Assembly (NCBI GenBank): GCA_039815375.1
Contig: JBCBZJ010000003.1
Location: 96,001-160,000, forward strand
Source: Verrucomicrobiota bacterium
Lineage (GTDB): Bacteria; Verrucomicrobiota; Verrucomicrobiia; Opitutales; Coraliomargaritaceae
Reading direction: 5' to 3'
Length of the DNA stretch: 64,000 nt
The notes under the pieces: generated by a model
Told to the model about the DNA's origin: nothing
Databases searched by the model: none
Seen by the model: only the letters and a program-made list of their open reading frames with translations
Shown: positions 44,469 through 56,961 of the stretch, piece after piece
Position numbering within the stretch: the stretch's first letter is position 1
Layout: each line of letters begins with the position of its first letter
Made by a program: the position numbers and the translations under genes

Positions 44469-45719
44469 ATGAGCCACGAGATACTTTCCGTTCTAGAATA
44501 CATGGAAAAGGAGAAGGGGATCAGCCGTCCGGACATGATCGAAGCCATCTCCGGTGCCATTGCTAGTGCTGCACAAAGAGGTATTAGCGCAGGTCAGAAT
44601 ATCCGCGTTGAGATCAATCCGAAGACCGGCGCGCTCAAGGCGTGGAATATCCTTAATGTGGTCGATTCGGTTGCAGACGATACGCTTGAAATCCATGTCG
44701 AAAAAGCACGCGCTCTTCAAGCTGATGCGCAGATTGGGGAAACTATTGAAAAGGAAATCGACCCGGCTTACCTCGGCCGCATCGCTGCCCAAACTGCCCG
44801 CCAGGCAATTATGCAGCGCATTCGCCAATTCGAGAAGGATCGTATTTATGACGACTATAAGGATGTCGTCGGTGATATCGTGACGGGGACAGTCCGCCGC
44901 CGTGAGCGTGGTGATCTTATCATCGATCTGGGAAAAGCCGAGGCGATTCTCCCACCACGCGAGCGTGTTCCCGGCGAAGATTACGCGCCGGGCGAAAGTA
45001 TTCGTTGCCTGCTTCTAAAGATTGAGCAAACCAACCGCGGCCCGGACATCATCCTTTCCCGCTCCAATATCAATTTCGTGCGTCGTCTCTTCGAACTCGA
45101 AGTGACCGAGATTGCAGATGGGACCGTGAGTATTGAGGCAATGGCCCGAGAGCCCGGTTATCGCACAAAAATCGCGGTCAACAGCGCAGACCCTAAGGTC
45201 GACCCGGTTGGCGCGTGCGTTGGCGCACGGGGTGCCCGTGTGAAAACAATCGTCCGCGAGCTTGGCGGCGAGAAGATCGACATCATCCGTTACTTTCAGG
45301 AACCGCTCGCGCTGTTGGAAGAAGCCCTCAAGCCTGCTGTGCCGAAGAATATCAACGTAAACGAGGTCGACCGCCGCATTCATTTCGAAGTGGCAGAGGA
45401 CGATCTGTCTATCGCGATTGGTCGCAAGGGCTTCAATGCCAAGCTGACCTCCCGCCTGCTCGGTTGGAAGCTCGACATCGGTAAGCTTGAACAGGTGACT
45501 GCCGGCTTCGACGAGAAGGTGGCAAAGGCTGCTGCCGGTTTGGCCGCAATCCCCGGACTCGATCCAGCGCTTGCAGAGCGTCTGGTGTCCATCGGTTTCG
45601 TTAGCCCTGAAGCATTCGAAGGTGTCACTCCTGCTGATCTGGTTGATGCCGGGTTCAGCGAAGATGAGGCCGCTGACGTTATGTCAAAGGTCGATGCCTA
45701 CCTTCAGACTAACGCATAG
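44469..45719 (+). CDS. nusA: Transcription termination/antitermination factor NusA
   Basis: [11 protein letters not shown]1 domain, [22 protein letters not shown] and KH domains. Confidence 0.97.
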   Translation: MSHEILSVLEYMEKEKGISRPDMIEAISGAIASAAQRGISAGQNIRVEINPKTGALKAWNILNVVDSVADDTLEIHVEKARALQADAQIGETIEKEIDPAYLGRIAAQTARQAIMQRIRQFEKDRIYDDYKDVVGDIVTGTVRRRERGDLIIDLGKAEAILPPRERVPGEDYAPGESIRCLLLKIEQTNRGPDIILSRSNINFVRRLFELEVTEIADGTVSIEAMAREPGYRTKIAVNSADPKVDPVGACVGARGARVKTIVRELGGEKIDIIRYFQEPLALLEEALKPAVPKNINVNEVDRRIHFEVAEDDLSIAIGRKGFNAKLTSRLLGWKLDIGKLEQVTAGFDEKVAKAAAGLAAIPGLDPALAERLVSIGFVSPEAFEGVTPADLVDAGFSEDEAADVMSKVDAYLQTNA

Positions 45720-45763
45720 TTTTCTACCCATTAAAAACTTCGTCTTAATCCCATAATTCATAG

Positions 45764-48157
45764 ATGAGCGTCCGGATCCACCAGCTTTCCAAAGATATAG
45801 GAATGGAAAACAAGGAGCTGCTTGAGCTTCTCAAAACTCGTGGCTTCGAGGTGAAGAGTGCGTCCAGCACGATCGACAACATCAGTGCCGATGCAATTCG
45901 CGAAGAGTTTACTAAGGTCGAGGAAGAAACGGCCAAAGAAACTGAAGCACCTGAAGCTACCGAAGAGCAAAAACCGAGTGCACCTCAGATTCCGGCCGGA
46001 GCATTCGTGAAGAGTGCCGAAGACATCCAGCGTGAGCGCGAAGCAAAGGCTGCCGAGGAAAAGGCGGACGCGGAGAAAGCCAACAAGCCCAAGGCGGTCG
46101 AACCAAAAACTGTCGCACCCGCTCGGACTGAGCCTGTCGAAAGTGCAGCACCGTCCGGTCCGCCCAAACCAAAGACGCCACCTGCACCGCCGCGCCCTGA
46201 GTCTGCCGAACGGACTGTCGGCGGTCCGTCAAAGCCGCCAACTCCTCCTCGTCCAGAGCCTGTGGAACGGGTCACGCCTCCTGCGCCACCGAGGCCACCT
46301 GTGGCTCCTGAAAAAGAAGAAGTTCCAGCAGCTGACGCGAGCGATGCTTCCGATCAGGAGCTCAAGACGATTCATGCCAAGACGCCTATCGTCGTGCGCG
46401 ACTTTGCCGGCGAGATAGGCCTAAAGCCTTTCAAGCTCATCTCCGAACTTATGGAAATGGGTATCTTTGCTTCAATGAACCAAAGCATTGATGAGCCCGT
46501 CGCGAAACAACTTGCCGAACGTCACGGATTTGCACTCGAGATCCACCACCGTGGTGAAGGTGGAGAGCAAGCCGGTGCCAAAAAGCCGAAGGAAGAAAAG
46601 CCCGACGATGACGACCCGAAGTTTCTCGAGCCACGCCCGCCGGTCGTTTGTATCCTCGGCCACGTTGACCATGGTAAGACAACGCTGCTCGATACGATCC
46701 GGAAAGCTAATGTGACTGCCGGCGAGGCTGGCGGCATCACCCAGCATATTGGTGCTTATCAGATCGAGCACAAAGATCAGAAGATTTCATTTATTGACAC
46801 TCCGGGCCACGCCGCATTCTCGAAAATGCGCGCACGCGGCGCGAACGTGACCGATGTCGCTGTCCTTGTCATTGCGGCTGATGATGCTTTCAAGCCACAG
46901 ACTGATGAAGCCCTGAAGTTTGCCAAGGAGGCCAACAACGCCATCGTTGTTGCGATCAACAAGATCGATTCCAAGGGTGCCAATATTGATCGGGTGAAGC
47001 AGCAAATGCAGGAAAAGGGTATCGCCCCGGAAGATTGGGGAGGCGAAACCATCGCTGTTGAAGTTTCTGCCCTCAACGGCACAAATATCGAGGATCTGCT
47101 CGATATGATCATCCTTCAGGCAGAAGTTCTTGAGCTAAAGGCTAATCCGAAATGCCCGCCTTCCGGCACTGTCGTCGAGTCGCAGGTCGAGCAGGGCCGC
47201 GGTGCGACGGCAACGGTTATGGTTGAGCGAGGCACTCTAAAGCAGGGCGATGCGCTGCTCTGTGGTGAGGTTTACTGCCGCGTGAAGTCCATGACAGATG
47301 CGGATGGCAAGGTGATGAAGTCCGTACCTCCGGGCACTCCTGCGAGAATCATGGGCTGGTCCGATGTTCCTGCTTCCGGTTCCAGGTTTACTACCGAAAA
47401 GAACGAGAAGACTGCCAAACGTGCAGCTGAAGAAGCGGTCCAGAAGCGCAAGCTTGCGGACGCAGCCGCTGGTGCTGAAAAGAGCGGCGAAGGTGGTGCA
47501 GCTACGGTCGAAGATCTTTTTGCTGCAATCGAGAATCAGCAAAAGAAGTGCCTTCGCATCATTGTAAAATCAGATGTCCACGGTTCAACTGAAGCACTTG
47601 TCTCTGCGCTCGAAGAAATCGAGAGTGATAAGGTTGACCTTGATGTGATCAGCAAGGGCGTGGGCCACATCACGAAAAACGATGTTACTCTTGCCAGCGC
47701 AGGTGGCGGAACGATTGTCGGCTTCAACGTCAAACTCGATAATGGTGTGCAAAGCCTGGCGAAGCATCACGACGTGCGCATCATTCAGCACGAAATCATT
47801 TACGAACTCATTGATCAGGTCGAAGAGGCCATGGCCGACATGCTTGATGCTGAATACATTGAGCGTAAGTCTGGTGCTGCTGAGATTCGCCAGGTCTTCA
47901 GCGTCGGCAAGAGCCGCAACGTCGCAGGTTGCATGGTTACCGAAGGCACTATCAAACGCAATGGTATCGCTCGACTCATGCGCGGTGGCGAGCTCATCCA
48001 TGAGGGCAAAATCGATACACTCAAGCGCTTCAAGGATGACGTGAAAGAAGTCCGTGCAGGCTATGAGTGTGGTATCAACATTTCCGACTACGATCGCTAC
48101 GAGGAAGGCGACAGCATTGAGTGTTTCGAAGTCGAAGAACAGCGCCCTTCGCTCTAG
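45764..48157 (+). CDS. infB: Translation initiation factor IF-2
   Basis: [40 protein letters not shown] and GYECGI motifs. Confidence 0.98.
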   Translation: MSVRIHQLSKDIGMENKELLELLKTRGFEVKSASSTIDNISADAIREEFTKVEEETAKETEAPEATEEQKPSAPQIPAGAFVKSAEDIQREREAKAAEEKADAEKANKPKAVEPKTVAPARTEPVESAAPSGPPKPKTPPAPPRPESAERTVGGPSKPPTPPRPEPVERVTPPAPPRPPVAPEKEEVPAADASDASDQELKTIHAKTPIVVRDFAGEIGLKPFKLISELMEMGIFASMNQSIDEPVAKQLAERHGFALEIHHRGEGGEQAGAKKPKEEKPDDDDPKFLEPRPPVVCILGHVDHGKTTLLDTIRKANVTAGEAGGITQHIGAYQIEHKDQKISFIDTPGHAAFSKMRARGANVTDVAVLVIAADDAFKPQTDEALKFAKEANNAIVVAINKIDSKGANIDRVKQQMQEKGIAPEDWGGETIAVEVSALNGTNIEDLLDMIILQAEVLELKANPKCPPSGTVVESQVEQGRGATATVMVERGTLKQGDALLCGEVYCRVKSMTDADGKVMKSVPPGTPARIMGWSDVPASGSRFTTEKNEKTAKRAAEEAVQKRKLADAAAGAEKSGEGGAATVEDLFAAIENQQKKCLRIIVKSDVHGSTEALVSALEEIESDKVDLDVISKGVGHITKNDVTLASAGGGTIVGFNVKLDNGVQSLAKHHDVRIIQHEIIYELIDQVEEAMADMLDAEYIERKSGAAEIRQVFSVGKSRNVAGCMVTEGTIKRNGIARLMRGGELIHEGKIDTLKRFKDDVKEVRAGYECGINISDYDRYEEGDSIECFEVEEQRPSL

Positions 48158-48219
48158 GTTTTTTCAGGTAGGGAGGGCAAGCCTCCCTATCATTTTGATT
48201 CAGGCTTAATTCTTTTGTC

Positions 48220-48564
48220 ATGTCTCAGCGAATTTCCCGTATCAACGAATTGCTTCAACGTGAGGTGAGTGAGCAGATGCGTCGCTACTATCGGAGCGAG
48301 ACAGCCGCGATCACAATCAGTGATGTCGATTGCTCGACTGATTTGCGCAACGCCCGGGTTTATTTCTCTGTTCTCGGCGACGATAGCGCAATTCACGATG
48401 CGGAGGCGATCTTTCGTCGGATTGGCAAAGACCTGCGGCAGCGCGTGAGTAAACATGTTATTCTAAAATACTTTCCCCGCTTCGAATTTGTATATGACCC
48501 GTCTCTCGAACGCGGTGCAGGTATCAACGACATTATTGACCAACTCGATTTAGAAAATGACTGA
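48220..48564 (+). CDS. rbfA: Ribosome-binding factor A
   Basis: [20 protein letters not shown] and P..EF.YD.SLERG; directly after infB. Confidence 0.93.
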   Translation: MSQRISRINELLQREVSEQMRRYYRSETAAITISDVDCSTDLRNARVYFSVLGDDSAIHDAEAIFRRIGKDLRQRVSKHVILKYFPRFEFVYDPSLERGAGINDIIDQLDLEND

Positions 48565-49564
48565 CCAGAAGTTCTATCCAGAAGAAAGCCAACGCTTTGC
48601 CGCTGCGGTCGAAAAACTCAAAGGTAAAAAGGTCGCGGTGCTCGGTCACCAGCGTCCGGACGGGGATTGCATTGGCTCCATCGTTGCGGTGGTCCGTGCG
48701 CTTAATGCTATGGGCATCGAAGCCGTCGGCCTCAACCGCGATAATGTGCCTAAGGCTCTCGAGAGTTTCGTCGGTGATACGCCGCTCTTTCGTGCGGATC
48801 AGTTTGAGCAGAATGGGCACGTCGCGGTTACCGTTGATTCGGCTGACTTTAAGCGCGTCGGCGATCATTTGAACAAGCTGTTTCCGGAAGTAGCACTTAA
48901 TATCGACCACCATATTTCGAATAAGAATTATGGTGCGGAAAACATCGTCATCGCGACCGCCTGCGCAACCGCCGAAATTCTTGCCGGGTTCTTCCTCGAC
49001 CTGGGTTATGAGATCGATGCGGTGACAGCGCAGAACCTTTATGTCGGTATCGCGACTGACACAGGGCAGTTCCGTTTTCCTTCGACTACGCCGGACACCT
49101 TCGAGATTGCCCGACGTCTTTGCGAGCACGGCGCCAACCCATCCGAAGCGGCCTACCAACTTTACGAGCGGGAGAGCTTCGCAAAGATTCAGCTTCTTCA
49201 GTCTTTTCTCGATTCGCTTCACCTCGAATTCGATGGCCGGGTGTGCATTGGCCTCCTGGAAGACGGCATCTACGAGAAGACGGGTGCCTGCATCGACGAT
49301 GCTGAAGGGCTTGTCGATTACGCCCGTGCGATTGATGGCGTGGATATCGGAGTGCTCATTGAAGACCGAAACGGTTCTATCAAAGGCAGCCTCCGTGCCA
49401 AAAATCCCTTCTACCGGGTCGATCAGGTTGCCAAGCAATTCAATGGAGGTGGCCACGCTTGCGCTGCTGGCCTGAATGTTGAAAACAGCTCGATTGCAGA
49501 GTTTGAACCACAGTTGATGAAAGCTCTGGGCGAACACCTTGAAGCCATCAGCAAGCCTGAGTAA
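48557..49564 (+). CDS. nrnA: DHH-family oligoribonuclease / pAp phosphatase
   Basis: H.RPDGD..GS, NIDHH, TDTG.F, SLR and GGGH..AAG motifs. Confidence 0.9.
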   Translation: MTDQKFYPEESQRFAAAVEKLKGKKVAVLGHQRPDGDCIGSIVAVVRALNAMGIEAVGLNRDNVPKALESFVGDTPLFRADQFEQNGHVAVTVDSADFKRVGDHLNKLFPEVALNIDHHISNKNYGAENIVIATACATAEILAGFFLDLGYEIDAVTAQNLYVGIATDTGQFRFPSTTPDTFEIARRLCEHGANPSEAAYQLYERESFAKIQLLQSFLDSLHLEFDGRVCIGLLEDGIYEKTGACIDDAEGLVDYARAIDGVDIGVLIEDRNGSIKGSLRAKNPFYRVDQVAKQFNGGGHACAAGLNVENSSIAEFEPQLMKALGEHLEAISKPE

Positions 49565-49566
49565 CT

Positions 49567-50295
49567 ATGTCCCAAGCACCCAGTGATGCACCCGAAGGTA
49601 TCCTGTTGGTCGATAAGCCACAGGGGATTACTTCGCACGATGTTGTTTCCAAGCTGCGCCGGGTCTTTCACATCAAGAAGATCGGCCATGCGGGCACCCT
49701 TGATCCGATGGCGACCGGTCTGCTTATTATGTTAATCGGCAAGGCGACAAAGGTCTCTCAGTATTTGATGAGCATGGATAAGGAATATACCGGCACTGTG
49801 CGCTTGGGCCAAGTCACCGACTCGCAGGATGCAGACGGTGAGATCATCGAGGAGTGTCCGGTTCCTGAGCTTTCCGAGCAAGTGGTCTTGAAAGAGATGA
49901 AGCGCTTTCTCGGGGACCAATATCAGACGCCGCCGATGTATTCCGCGAAAAAGGTCGACGGACAACCGCTCTATAAGCTGGCCCGAAAGGGGAAGACCGT
50001 CGCGCGGGAGCCTCGAGTAATCAATGTTTCCAAGTTTGAGTTGCTCCGTTTCGCACCGCCGGAAATCGACTTTATTGTTGCCTGTAGCAAGGGCACTTAC
50101 GTTCGAACCATCGCTCATGACTTCGGTCGAAAGCTCAATTGTGGTGGTCACTTGAATGGGCTGCGACGCACGGGTGTTGGTAAGTTCCGTATCGAAAAAG
50201 CGGATACGATTGAAGCGATTGAAGCGATGTCACCCTCAAGTCTGCGTCGTCGTTTGATTCCCGTGGCCCAGGCTGTGCCGAGTCACGTGTTGTAA
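49567..50295 (+). CDS. truB: tRNA pseudouridine(55) synthase
   Basis: [28 protein letters not shown] and CSKGTYVR motifs. Confidence 0.96.
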   Translation: MSQAPSDAPEGILLVDKPQGITSHDVVSKLRRVFHIKKIGHAGTLDPMATGLLIMLIGKATKVSQYLMSMDKEYTGTVRLGQVTDSQDADGEIIEECPVPELSEQVVLKEMKRFLGDQYQTPPMYSAKKVDGQPLYKLARKGKTVAREPRVINVSKFELLRFAPPEIDFIVACSKGTYVRTIAHDFGRKLNCGGHLNGLRRTGVGKFRIEKADTIEAIEAMSPSSLRRRLIPVAQAVPSHVL

Positions 50296-50425
50296 GTGAT
50301 TTTAATCAACTGCAATGAATTCCATGGTAGTGAATTACAAAAAAGGCAGGGAGGCTTAAGGGCAGGCCCTCTGACTGGGAAACATACAAGCATCGAAAAT
50401 TGGACCGAAACCAAAGAACTCTCGT

Positions 50426-51370
50426 ATGAACATTCCTGCCAGCGTTGATAGTTTCGGAGCTCTTGCCGGGTTGAAAGCCGAGCTGCATCTGGCCATGGGT
50501 GTCTTTGACGGTGTGCATCTGGGCCACAAGGCAGTTGTTGAATCAGCTGTCCTTTCTGCCCAGCGTTCGAACGGTGTTAGCGGTGTCCTGACCTTTGATC
50601 CGCATCCTAGCCGGTTGTTTCGTCCCGAGGACGCGACCCGTCTGATCATGCCGATTCAAGTGAAGGTAAAAATGCTTCACAGTATCGGAGTGCATTGTGT
50701 TATCCGGAAACACTTCGACCGTGAATTTGCAGCCATACCTGCGGACGAGTTTCTCGCTCATCTGAAGGATCAGCTGCCAACCTTAAAGTCGATTTACATA
50801 GGCGAGAATTTTCGTTTTGGCCAAAGGCGCGCTGGTGATGTGTCGACTCTTATCCAGACAGGGCGCGAGCTTGGAGTCGGTGTTTTTAGTGCAGACCGTA
50901 TCAAGCACAATGGCGAACCGATCAGCAGTACTCGCATACGCATTGAGCTGGAGGCGGGTCGCATTGCGGAGGCAAACGCTTTGCTCGGTTACAATTATAC
51001 GTCATCGGGGGCGATCGTTGAAGGTGCAAAGTTGGGTAGGCAGATTGGTTTTCCGACGATGAATCTACCTTGGCAGCCTGAGTGCCTTCCGTGTTTTGGT
51101 GTTTATTTTGTTCATTTCCGCAAAACGGGTGAGAGCAAGTGGGCACCGGCTGTTGCCAACTACGGAGTTAAACCGACAGTCGCAGAAACCCCGCAGCTTC
51201 CGGCGATTGAAGTGCATGCGCTGGATCCTGTCGATTATGTTGCCGGGGATCTTCTCGAAGTGGAGTGGCTCCGTTTTATCCGCTCCGAGCAGAAGTTTGA
51301 TTCTGTCGATGCACTGAAGGCGCAGATATCCAAGGATTGCGAAACCGCGCGTTCCATGTTGGGTTCTTAA
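50426..51370 (+). CDS. ribF: Bifunctional riboflavin kinase / FAD synthetase
   Basis: [32 protein letters not shown] and E.H motifs. Confidence 0.95.
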   Translation: MNIPASVDSFGALAGLKAELHLAMGVFDGVHLGHKAVVESAVLSAQRSNGVSGVLTFDPHPSRLFRPEDATRLIMPIQVKVKMLHSIGVHCVIRKHFDREFAAIPADEFLAHLKDQLPTLKSIYIGENFRFGQRRAGDVSTLIQTGRELGVGVFSADRIKHNGEPISSTRIRIELEAGRIAEANALLGYNYTSSGAIVEGAKLGRQIGFPTMNLPWQPECLPCFGVYFVHFRKTGESKWAPAVANYGVKPTVAETPQLPAIEVHALDPVDYVAGDLLEVEWLRFIRSEQKFDSVDALKAQISKDCETARSMLGS

Positions 51371-51453
51371 GTTAGAGGCGGTAGCCCTCAGCTGCCTGCG
51401 ATACTTGCTTTACGAAACCGGACGAGACAGGGCAGTCATTACTAACTTCCAAA

Positions 51454-52389
51454 ATGTCCCAACGCATCATAGAATTTCAGGTTCCAGAGGGTGTTGCAGC
51501 GGTTCGTGCTGATAAGCTCTTTGCGGCGGAGTTTGAAGACATTAGTCGGGCACGTTTGCAGCGCGCATTCGAAGCTGCACAGGTAACTTTCGATGGGGAA
51601 GTGATTGGTAAGCGTTTCAAGATTAACTGCCCAGGTTTACTGCGCGCCGTGCTTGATGAGCCGGAATTTGATGCTCCGCCGAGGCCCGTCGATCTGCCGC
51701 TGGATATTGTTCATGAAGACGAATCGATTGTTGTGGTGAACAAAGTGTCGGGCATGGTCACGCATCCGGGTAGCGGGACTGGGGACGATACGCTCGTGCA
51801 TGCCCTGCTACATCATTGCGGCGAGAATTTAAGCACGGTCGGTGCACCCGACCGCCCCGGAATCGTCCATCGGCTCGACAAGGAAACAAGTGGCCTGATT
51901 ATTGTCGCGAAGAATGACAAGGCCCATCACAAGCTTGCGGCTGCCTTCAGCCTGCGTGAGACCTATAAACGTTATACCGCACTTGTTCTTGGGGTGCCGC
52001 GGAGGTCTTCGGGATCATGTCGCGAGCCGATTGCGAGGCATCCGGTCGTGCGTACACGGATGGCTGCTTTACCGCATGGCCGGGATGCGCATACGGACTG
52101 GAAGGTTGAGGAAGCCTTTGGAAAGAAGGCCGCTTTGGTCAGCTGTGTTATCCATACGGGGCGCACGCACCAGATCCGGGTGCACATGAGTACTTCTGGT
52201 TTTCCGCTGTTGGGCGATACGACTTATGGGTTTAAGCCGAATCGACTGAAGCAAGTGGATGTCCCTCGTGTCATGTTGCATTCGACCGAGCTTCGAGTGG
52301 CGCATCCGGAATCTGGTCAGATGGTCGCCTTTGCCGCCCATTTGCCTGACGATTTTGAGTTGCTCATCGAAAGCTTGAAGCATCGCTGA
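51454..52389 (+). CDS. rluD: RluA/RluD-family pseudouridine synthase
   Basis: S4-like N-terminus, [24 protein letters not shown] and GD..YG motifs. Confidence 0.9.
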   Translation: MSQRIIEFQVPEGVAAVRADKLFAAEFEDISRARLQRAFEAAQVTFDGEVIGKRFKINCPGLLRAVLDEPEFDAPPRPVDLPLDIVHEDESIVVVNKVSGMVTHPGSGTGDDTLVHALLHHCGENLSTVGAPDRPGIVHRLDKETSGLIIVAKNDKAHHKLAAAFSLRETYKRYTALVLGVPRRSSGSCREPIARHPVVRTRMAALPHGRDAHTDWKVEEAFGKKAALVSCVIHTGRTHQIRVHMSTSGFPLLGDTTYGFKPNRLKQVDVPRVMLHSTELRVAHPESGQMVAFAAHLPDDFELLIESLKHR

Positions 52390-52505
52390 TGAGTTCGACC
52401 TTTCTCTGAGGTTTTGAGTATACGTTTTCCCGCCAGCTTTTGAATTTTTTGCCAAGACACGACTACTTCCAGTCTTCCGTGGCCAAAAACCGCCTTGGAG
52501 CATAG

Positions 52506-52886
52506 CTGGCTTCAAAAGAGAGTGAAGTTGAATCCAGTGGACGATCCGCGACTATAGGAAAACTCGAAGTGTTCGTAGACCCGGACGGAAACGGCAGCGC
52601 CTTTACTCCCGCACCAACCGATCAGGTTTATACGACGCTGTTCAAGGTGGACTTGGAGTCTGTCAAGGTTGCAAGTGGAAGCTATTTTTCAGAGGATAAG
52701 CGCATTGATCCAATTGTTCTGCGAAATCCTCAAGGCGTCGGTGAAATATCTATGCATGCTCGGCAGGGGACAACTGGTGCAACTCTTGAATCCAAGGCAT
52801 CTGCACAAGCTGTTCGTAATGCTTGGGGTAGCGATATACCTCCTCAGATTTTGATTATACAAATCGCGGATGCTGTCACTTTGTAA
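52506..52886 (+). pseudogene. Orphan ORF or C-terminal fragment of a larger, probably secreted, protein
   Basis: Frame open from 52506 (after TAG) to 52886, with only a GTG start at 52569; AT-richer than its flanks; overlaps the next ORF by 17 nt. Confidence 0.35.
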
Positions 52887-53259
52887 GCTGAAGACACTGA
52901 TTGCTTTTCTACTCACCGCGATATTATCCGGTGTACTTCTACTCGTTGTATATCCGATTTACAGCGCGTCTTCGATTCATTGGCCAAAAGTCGATTCCTA
53001 TGAGGAGTTATTGGATGGTTGTGACCAACTACTGGAGCATTATACAGAAGGAACTGACGTGCCCAAAAATGCTTGGCCAGAAGCTTTGCTGCGGATTGAA
53101 CCCAGATATGTTTTTATCGAAGATGGCTATATTAACATCGTTATCAGCACCGGAGGAATTGGCGACAGTTGGGGATTAATCGTTACCTCAAAAGACATAG
53201 ATACTGTTCCCACGTACGCAGTACGAACCGAGAATCCCCGAATCTTCAGATACAAGTAG
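52870..53259 (+). CDS. Small hypothetical protein with N-terminal TM/signal helix
   Basis: 129-aa ORF with a hydrophobic N-terminus and a WPEALLRIEPRYV...ISTGGIG..WG core. Confidence 0.6.
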   Translation: MLSLCKLKTLIAFLLTAILSGVLLLVVYPIYSASSIHWPKVDSYEELLDGCDQLLEHYTEGTDVPKNAWPEALLRIEPRYVFIEDGYINIVISTGGIGDSWGLIVTSKDIDTVPTYAVRTENPRIFRYK

Positions 53260-53307
53260 GTCAAAGCCGTTTGCTGTGCCTACCAGATCACATTGCGATT
53301 TTCATGA

Positions 53308-53427
53308 AATAAGCCCTCTGAGTTTGTCGTTTCTAAACCTCCAGAGCAATCATCAAACTGGTGGCTTTGGCTTATCGGTGTGGTTGTTATCGTTGGTGGT
53401 ATTCTGGTTCTTCGCTCGAATAGGTAG
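53308..53427 (+). pseudogene. Start-less remnant of a C-terminal membrane anchor (EQSSNWWLWLIG-TM-basic)
   Basis: Frame reads NKPSEFVVSKPPEQSSNWWLWLIGVVVIVGGILVLRSNR* after an in-frame TGA. Confidence 0.5.
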
Positions 53428-53589
53428 CGCGGTCCTGCCCGTTTGTTTGTATTACAATAAGGTCCGGGACGATAACAACTACTGGCAACCTAACTCTCGA
53501 AACGAACCGGCACCAGTCCTAGTATTTGCCCGACATGGCTATTCGGGTAAGGTTTGGTTCGGAGCTTTAGAAGATCTAGCTTTGGTTGC

Positions 53590-53862
53590 TTATTTGCCCA
53601 TTAGCGCAAGCGCTAAGACGCTTTCATAGGCGATCCAGAGAACAAGGCAAATGCCGACTAGAACGGTGACTATTTGCATCCATTTACGTCGTTTACGCGG
53701 CAAGTCGAACGGCTTGAATCGATGCCTATGGGTCTCGCTTTGGCCGAGGTAGCTACTGAGATTTGCACTCTCCGGGTTTTTCTCATCACTCGCCTTAGGC
53801 AGCTTAAATGCGCCCGAGCGGGCTCGTCTTTCATAACGCCATTTGAAGAAGAAGTGGAGCAT
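53590..53862 (-). CDS. Small basic hypothetical protein with a C-terminal TM helix
   Basis: MLHFFFKWRYERR...RKRRKWMQIVTVLVGICLVLWIAYES; divergent from panB. Confidence 0.55.
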   Translation of the reverse strand: MLHFFFKWRYERRARSGAFKLPKASDEKNPESANLSSYLGQSETHRHRFKPFDLPRKRRKWMQIVTVLVGICLVLWIAYESVLALALMGK

Positions 53863-53941
53863 TGAGCTTAGTGCACGGTGAATAATTTTGGTTCGCGTAA
53901 GCAAGCTCAACCTGCTTTTTTGGAAGATCAATTCTTAAACA

Positions 53942-54727
53942 ATGGATACGGATAGAATTACCACGCAAAGCATCTCGCTTCTTAAAGGTAGGCGCCCCGT
54001 CGTTGCGATTACAGCATACGATACGGTGATGGCCTGTCTCGCCGATGAGGCTGGCGTAGACCTTATTCTGGTGGGTGATTCGGTCGGCACGACGCAGCTC
54101 GGCTTTGAGACCACTGTGCCAGTGACCCTTGATATGATGTTGCACCATGCGGCTGCAGTTGCACGTGCAAAGCCTGATGCTCTCCTTGTTGCGGATATTC
54201 CATTTGCAGTTGCCCACAATGACTTCCCGGCACTTCTTGATGCGTGCCGCCGACTGATGCAGGAGGCGGATGTGGAAGCCGTTAAGATTGAGGGCGGCGC
54301 CGATATCGCGCCCAAGATCGAACGCTTGGTCCGTGCCGGTATTCCAGTGCTTGGGCATATCGGTCTGTTGCCGCAGCGTTTTCACCAGCTTGGTGGCTAT
54401 CGCAAATTCGGCCGCAGTGATGCGGAGAAAAGCGTGCTTGTCGATGATGCGCTCGCACTTGAGAAGGCGGGTTGCTTTGCGGTGCTTTGTGAGATGATTG
54501 ATGGAACGGTCGCGGGCACGATTGCGAGTGAGTTACAGGTGCCATTGATCGGAATCGGTAGTGGCCCGCACTGCGATGGCCAGATTCTCGTCTGCAATGA
54601 TTTGCTTGGCATTAATGTCCGTTCCGTGCCTTCGTTTGTAAAGCAATACGCACAGCTTGGTGATGAGGTGCGGACTGCTTTTTCTCACTACGCAGAGGAT
54701 GTGCGCACTCGGAAATTCCCTTCATGA
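53942..54727 (+). CDS. panB: 3-methyl-2-oxobutanoate hydroxymethyltransferase
   Basis: [25 protein letters not shown] and IGIGSG...DGQILV..D motifs. Confidence 0.96.
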   Translation: MDTDRITTQSISLLKGRRPVVAITAYDTVMACLADEAGVDLILVGDSVGTTQLGFETTVPVTLDMMLHHAAAVARAKPDALLVADIPFAVAHNDFPALLDACRRLMQEADVEAVKIEGGADIAPKIERLVRAGIPVLGHIGLLPQRFHQLGGYRKFGRSDAEKSVLVDDALALEKAGCFAVLCEMIDGTVAGTIASELQVPLIGIGSGPHCDGQILVCNDLLGINVRSVPSFVKQYAQLGDEVRTAFSHYAEDVRTRKFPS

Positions 54728-55722
54728 ATTGTTGTATTTTAGGTGCGGGTGCCTGGGGCACGGCAATGGCGTTACACCTTGATCGCTGCGGACATTCCGT
54801 GACGCTGGTTCCACGGAGAATGGAGCAGGCTCTGGCGATTGCTTCGTCGCGTGAGAATGCCGACTACCTGCCGGGTTTCGAACTGCCTCATACCATCCAG
54901 ATCGGTTGTGAGGTTGCACCGGTGCTGATGGAAGCGGAAGTTGTTTTTTTTGCCTGCCCTTCCAAGGCGCTTCGTGACCTGGCTGAACAGGTGCGCCCAC
55001 ACCTGGAATCTGCATGGCAATTGAAGCTATGCATCGTCATGTGCAAGGGTTTGGAATTGGACTCATTCAAAGCACCGGCGGATATTTTGAGTGAGTCTTT
55101 GCCCGAAGTGGAATGCGGCGTCCTCTCGGGCCCGACAAATGCGGCCGAGGTTGCGGCCAGCCAGCCTACTGCGGTTGTCCTGGCCCTTCCGGACTCGTTC
55201 CATGATGTCGAACGTTACCAATCCGCTTTTATCAACCAAAGCCTCCGTTGCTATCATTCCACCGACGTTCGTGGAACTGAACTGGGTGGCACTTTGAAGA
55301 ATATCTATGCGATTGGTGCCGGGATGTGCGACGGCCTTCAACTGGGTGATAACACCAAAGCGGCCTATATTACTCGGAGTTTGAATGAGATGATCCTTCT
55401 GGGCCAATCCTTGGGCGGTCAGCGGGAGAGTTTCTACGGTTTGAGTGGTTTCGGGGATTTGATAGCGACTTGCTCAGGAAACTGGAGTCGCAACCGGACC
55501 TTTGGAGAACGGGTCGGTCGGGGAGAAAAGCCGTTAGAGATCATTGATGGGCAGAAAGCGGTGGTTGAGGGTTACCGAGCGACAAGATGTCTTATAGACT
55601 ACTGTAAATGTGAGCAACTTGAGGCACCCATACTTTACACGATTCATGCCGTGCTGTACGAAGGTATGAAACCTCAGGAAGGAATTTACGCCTTGATGAC
55701 ACGGGGCTTACGCCCCGAATAG
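54724..55722 (+). CDS. gpsA: NAD(P)H-dependent glycerol-3-phosphate dehydrogenase
   Basis: [34 protein letters not shown]....SRN and EG motifs. Confidence 0.95.
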   Translation: MNCCILGAGAWGTAMALHLDRCGHSVTLVPRRMEQALAIASSRENADYLPGFELPHTIQIGCEVAPVLMEAEVVFFACPSKALRDLAEQVRPHLESAWQLKLCIVMCKGLELDSFKAPADILSESLPEVECGVLSGPTNAAEVAASQPTAVVLALPDSFHDVERYQSAFINQSLRCYHSTDVRGTELGGTLKNIYAIGAGMCDGLQLGDNTKAAYITRSLNEMILLGQSLGGQRESFYGLSGFGDLIATCSGNWSRNRTFGERVGRGEKPLEIIDGQKAVVEGYRATRCLIDYCKCEQLEAPILYTIHAVLYEGMKPQEGIYALMTRGLRPE

Positions 55723-55731
55723 TTAACTCTT

Positions 55732-56286
55732 ATGCCAAAACGCCTCTGTAAAGTTGCCTCTTCTCCAATTCATAAACGTGGTTTGTTTGCCACTGCCGAC
55801 ATTGAGGCGGAGACTGATATTATCCAATATGTCGGCGAAAAGATCTCGAAAGAGGAGTCGACGCGACGAGCCTTGGAGTGGGAAGAAAAAGCCCGCAAGA
55901 CCGGGGCAGGTCTGGTATATATTTTTGAGCTCGATGACGAGTTCGATATTGATGGTCGGCGAGGGCGCAATCCCGCTCGCTACATGAACCATTCATGCGA
56001 TGGCAACTGCGAGGCGATCAATTATGATGGCGAGATTTGGATCGTGGCCCGCAAGGATATCAAGGACGGCGAGGAGTTGACCTATGATTATGGCTACGAC
56101 ATGGAGCACTTTTTGGATCATCCCTGTGCATGCGGCACAGACAACTGCATCGGCTATATTGTTCGCGAAGATCAGCGCAAGAAAGTGAAGAAGCTTCTTC
56201 GCGACATGCGAAAAAAGAGAGAAAAGAAATCCGGGAAGAAGAAGGACAATAAAGAGAAGAAGTCCAAAAAGAATAAGAAGAAATAG
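55732..56286 (+). CDS. SET-domain lysine methyltransferase with post-SET Cys motif and Lys-rich tail
   Basis: [20 protein letters not shown] and [10 protein letters not shown] motifs; tail [24 protein letters not shown]. Confidence 0.92.
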   Translation: MPKRLCKVASSPIHKRGLFATADIEAETDIIQYVGEKISKEESTRRALEWEEKARKTGAGLVYIFELDDEFDIDGRRGRNPARYMNHSCDGNCEAINYDGEIWIVARKDIKDGEELTYDYGYDMEHFLDHPCACGTDNCIGYIVREDQRKKVKKLLRDMRKKREKKSGKKKDNKEKKSKKNKKK

Positions 56287-56292
56287 TCCCTG

Positions 56293-56955
56293 CTAAGGTT
56301 GCAAAATTGCGTGGATACGAGCCTCGGCTTCCTGTTCGTCAGGACCTTTCGCAAAAACGGTAATCGTTCCGCGATATGCAAAGTCGAAGGACTTCGGCTT
56401 GACGCTTAGGATCCGTGAAACTTTTCCTTGTGGATCCTCTTCTTCTATTACTTCTAACCGGTCTTCGTCGAATTCGATCTTGGTGATCTTATTTACGTAA
56501 CGCTTATCCAGAGCGATCTTAATCTGACGCGCGGTCTTTGTGCCTGACGGGCTCCAGTAGATTAGTTGCGGCATGGCCTCGACCAATTTCGGAATTTTGA
56601 TATTCATCGACAGCGTCGCAATTGCTTTCTCCTCGCCGTCAATATACACCTCAAGTCGGCTCCGGTTCAGTCCCTGTCGTTTGCCCTTGTTGAAGGTCGC
56701 CGTGATCGCGGTCGATTCTCCCGAATTCAGGATCTTGCGATCAATGATCGAGCCTGTGCAGCCGCAGCTGGAGTTGATCTTTGAGATGCGGACAGCATCT
56801 TTGCCATTGTTGGTCACGGTAAACTCTGCACCGATCACTTCCTGCTCAGGAGTCATTTCCAGATCCACCTTTGTCCGGTCCCAAGTCAGGCTGTTGGCTT
56901 GAAGAAAGTTGCCAGTGCAGAGTGCAAGCAAAAGAGCAGGGATATATAGGCGCAT
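56293..56955 (-). CDS. Secreted DUF1573-domain protein
   Basis: Signal peptide; F...N.G...V.I......SCGCT...L..GES motif. Confidence 0.85.
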   Translation of the reverse strand: MRLYIPALLLALCTGNFLQANSLTWDRTKVDLEMTPEQEVIGAEFTVTNNGKDAVRISKINSSCGCTGSIIDRKILNSGESTAITATFNKGKRQGLNRSRLEVYIDGEEKAIATLSMNIKIPKLVEAMPQLIYWSPSGTKTARQIKIALDKRYVNKITKIEFDEDRLEVIEEEDPQGKVSRILSVKPKSFDFAYRGTITVFAKGPDEQEAEARIHAILQP

Positions 56956-56961
56956 GATTAA

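Noticed and set aside
46080..46330. Pro-rich repeats inside infB
   Set aside because: A low-complexity linker is normal for IF-2 N-terminal regions.
48533..49537. Long antisense ORFs (also 961-1950, 30069-30743 and 40568-41260)
   Set aside because: They are shadows of well-supported genes on the opposite strand and have no motifs of their own.
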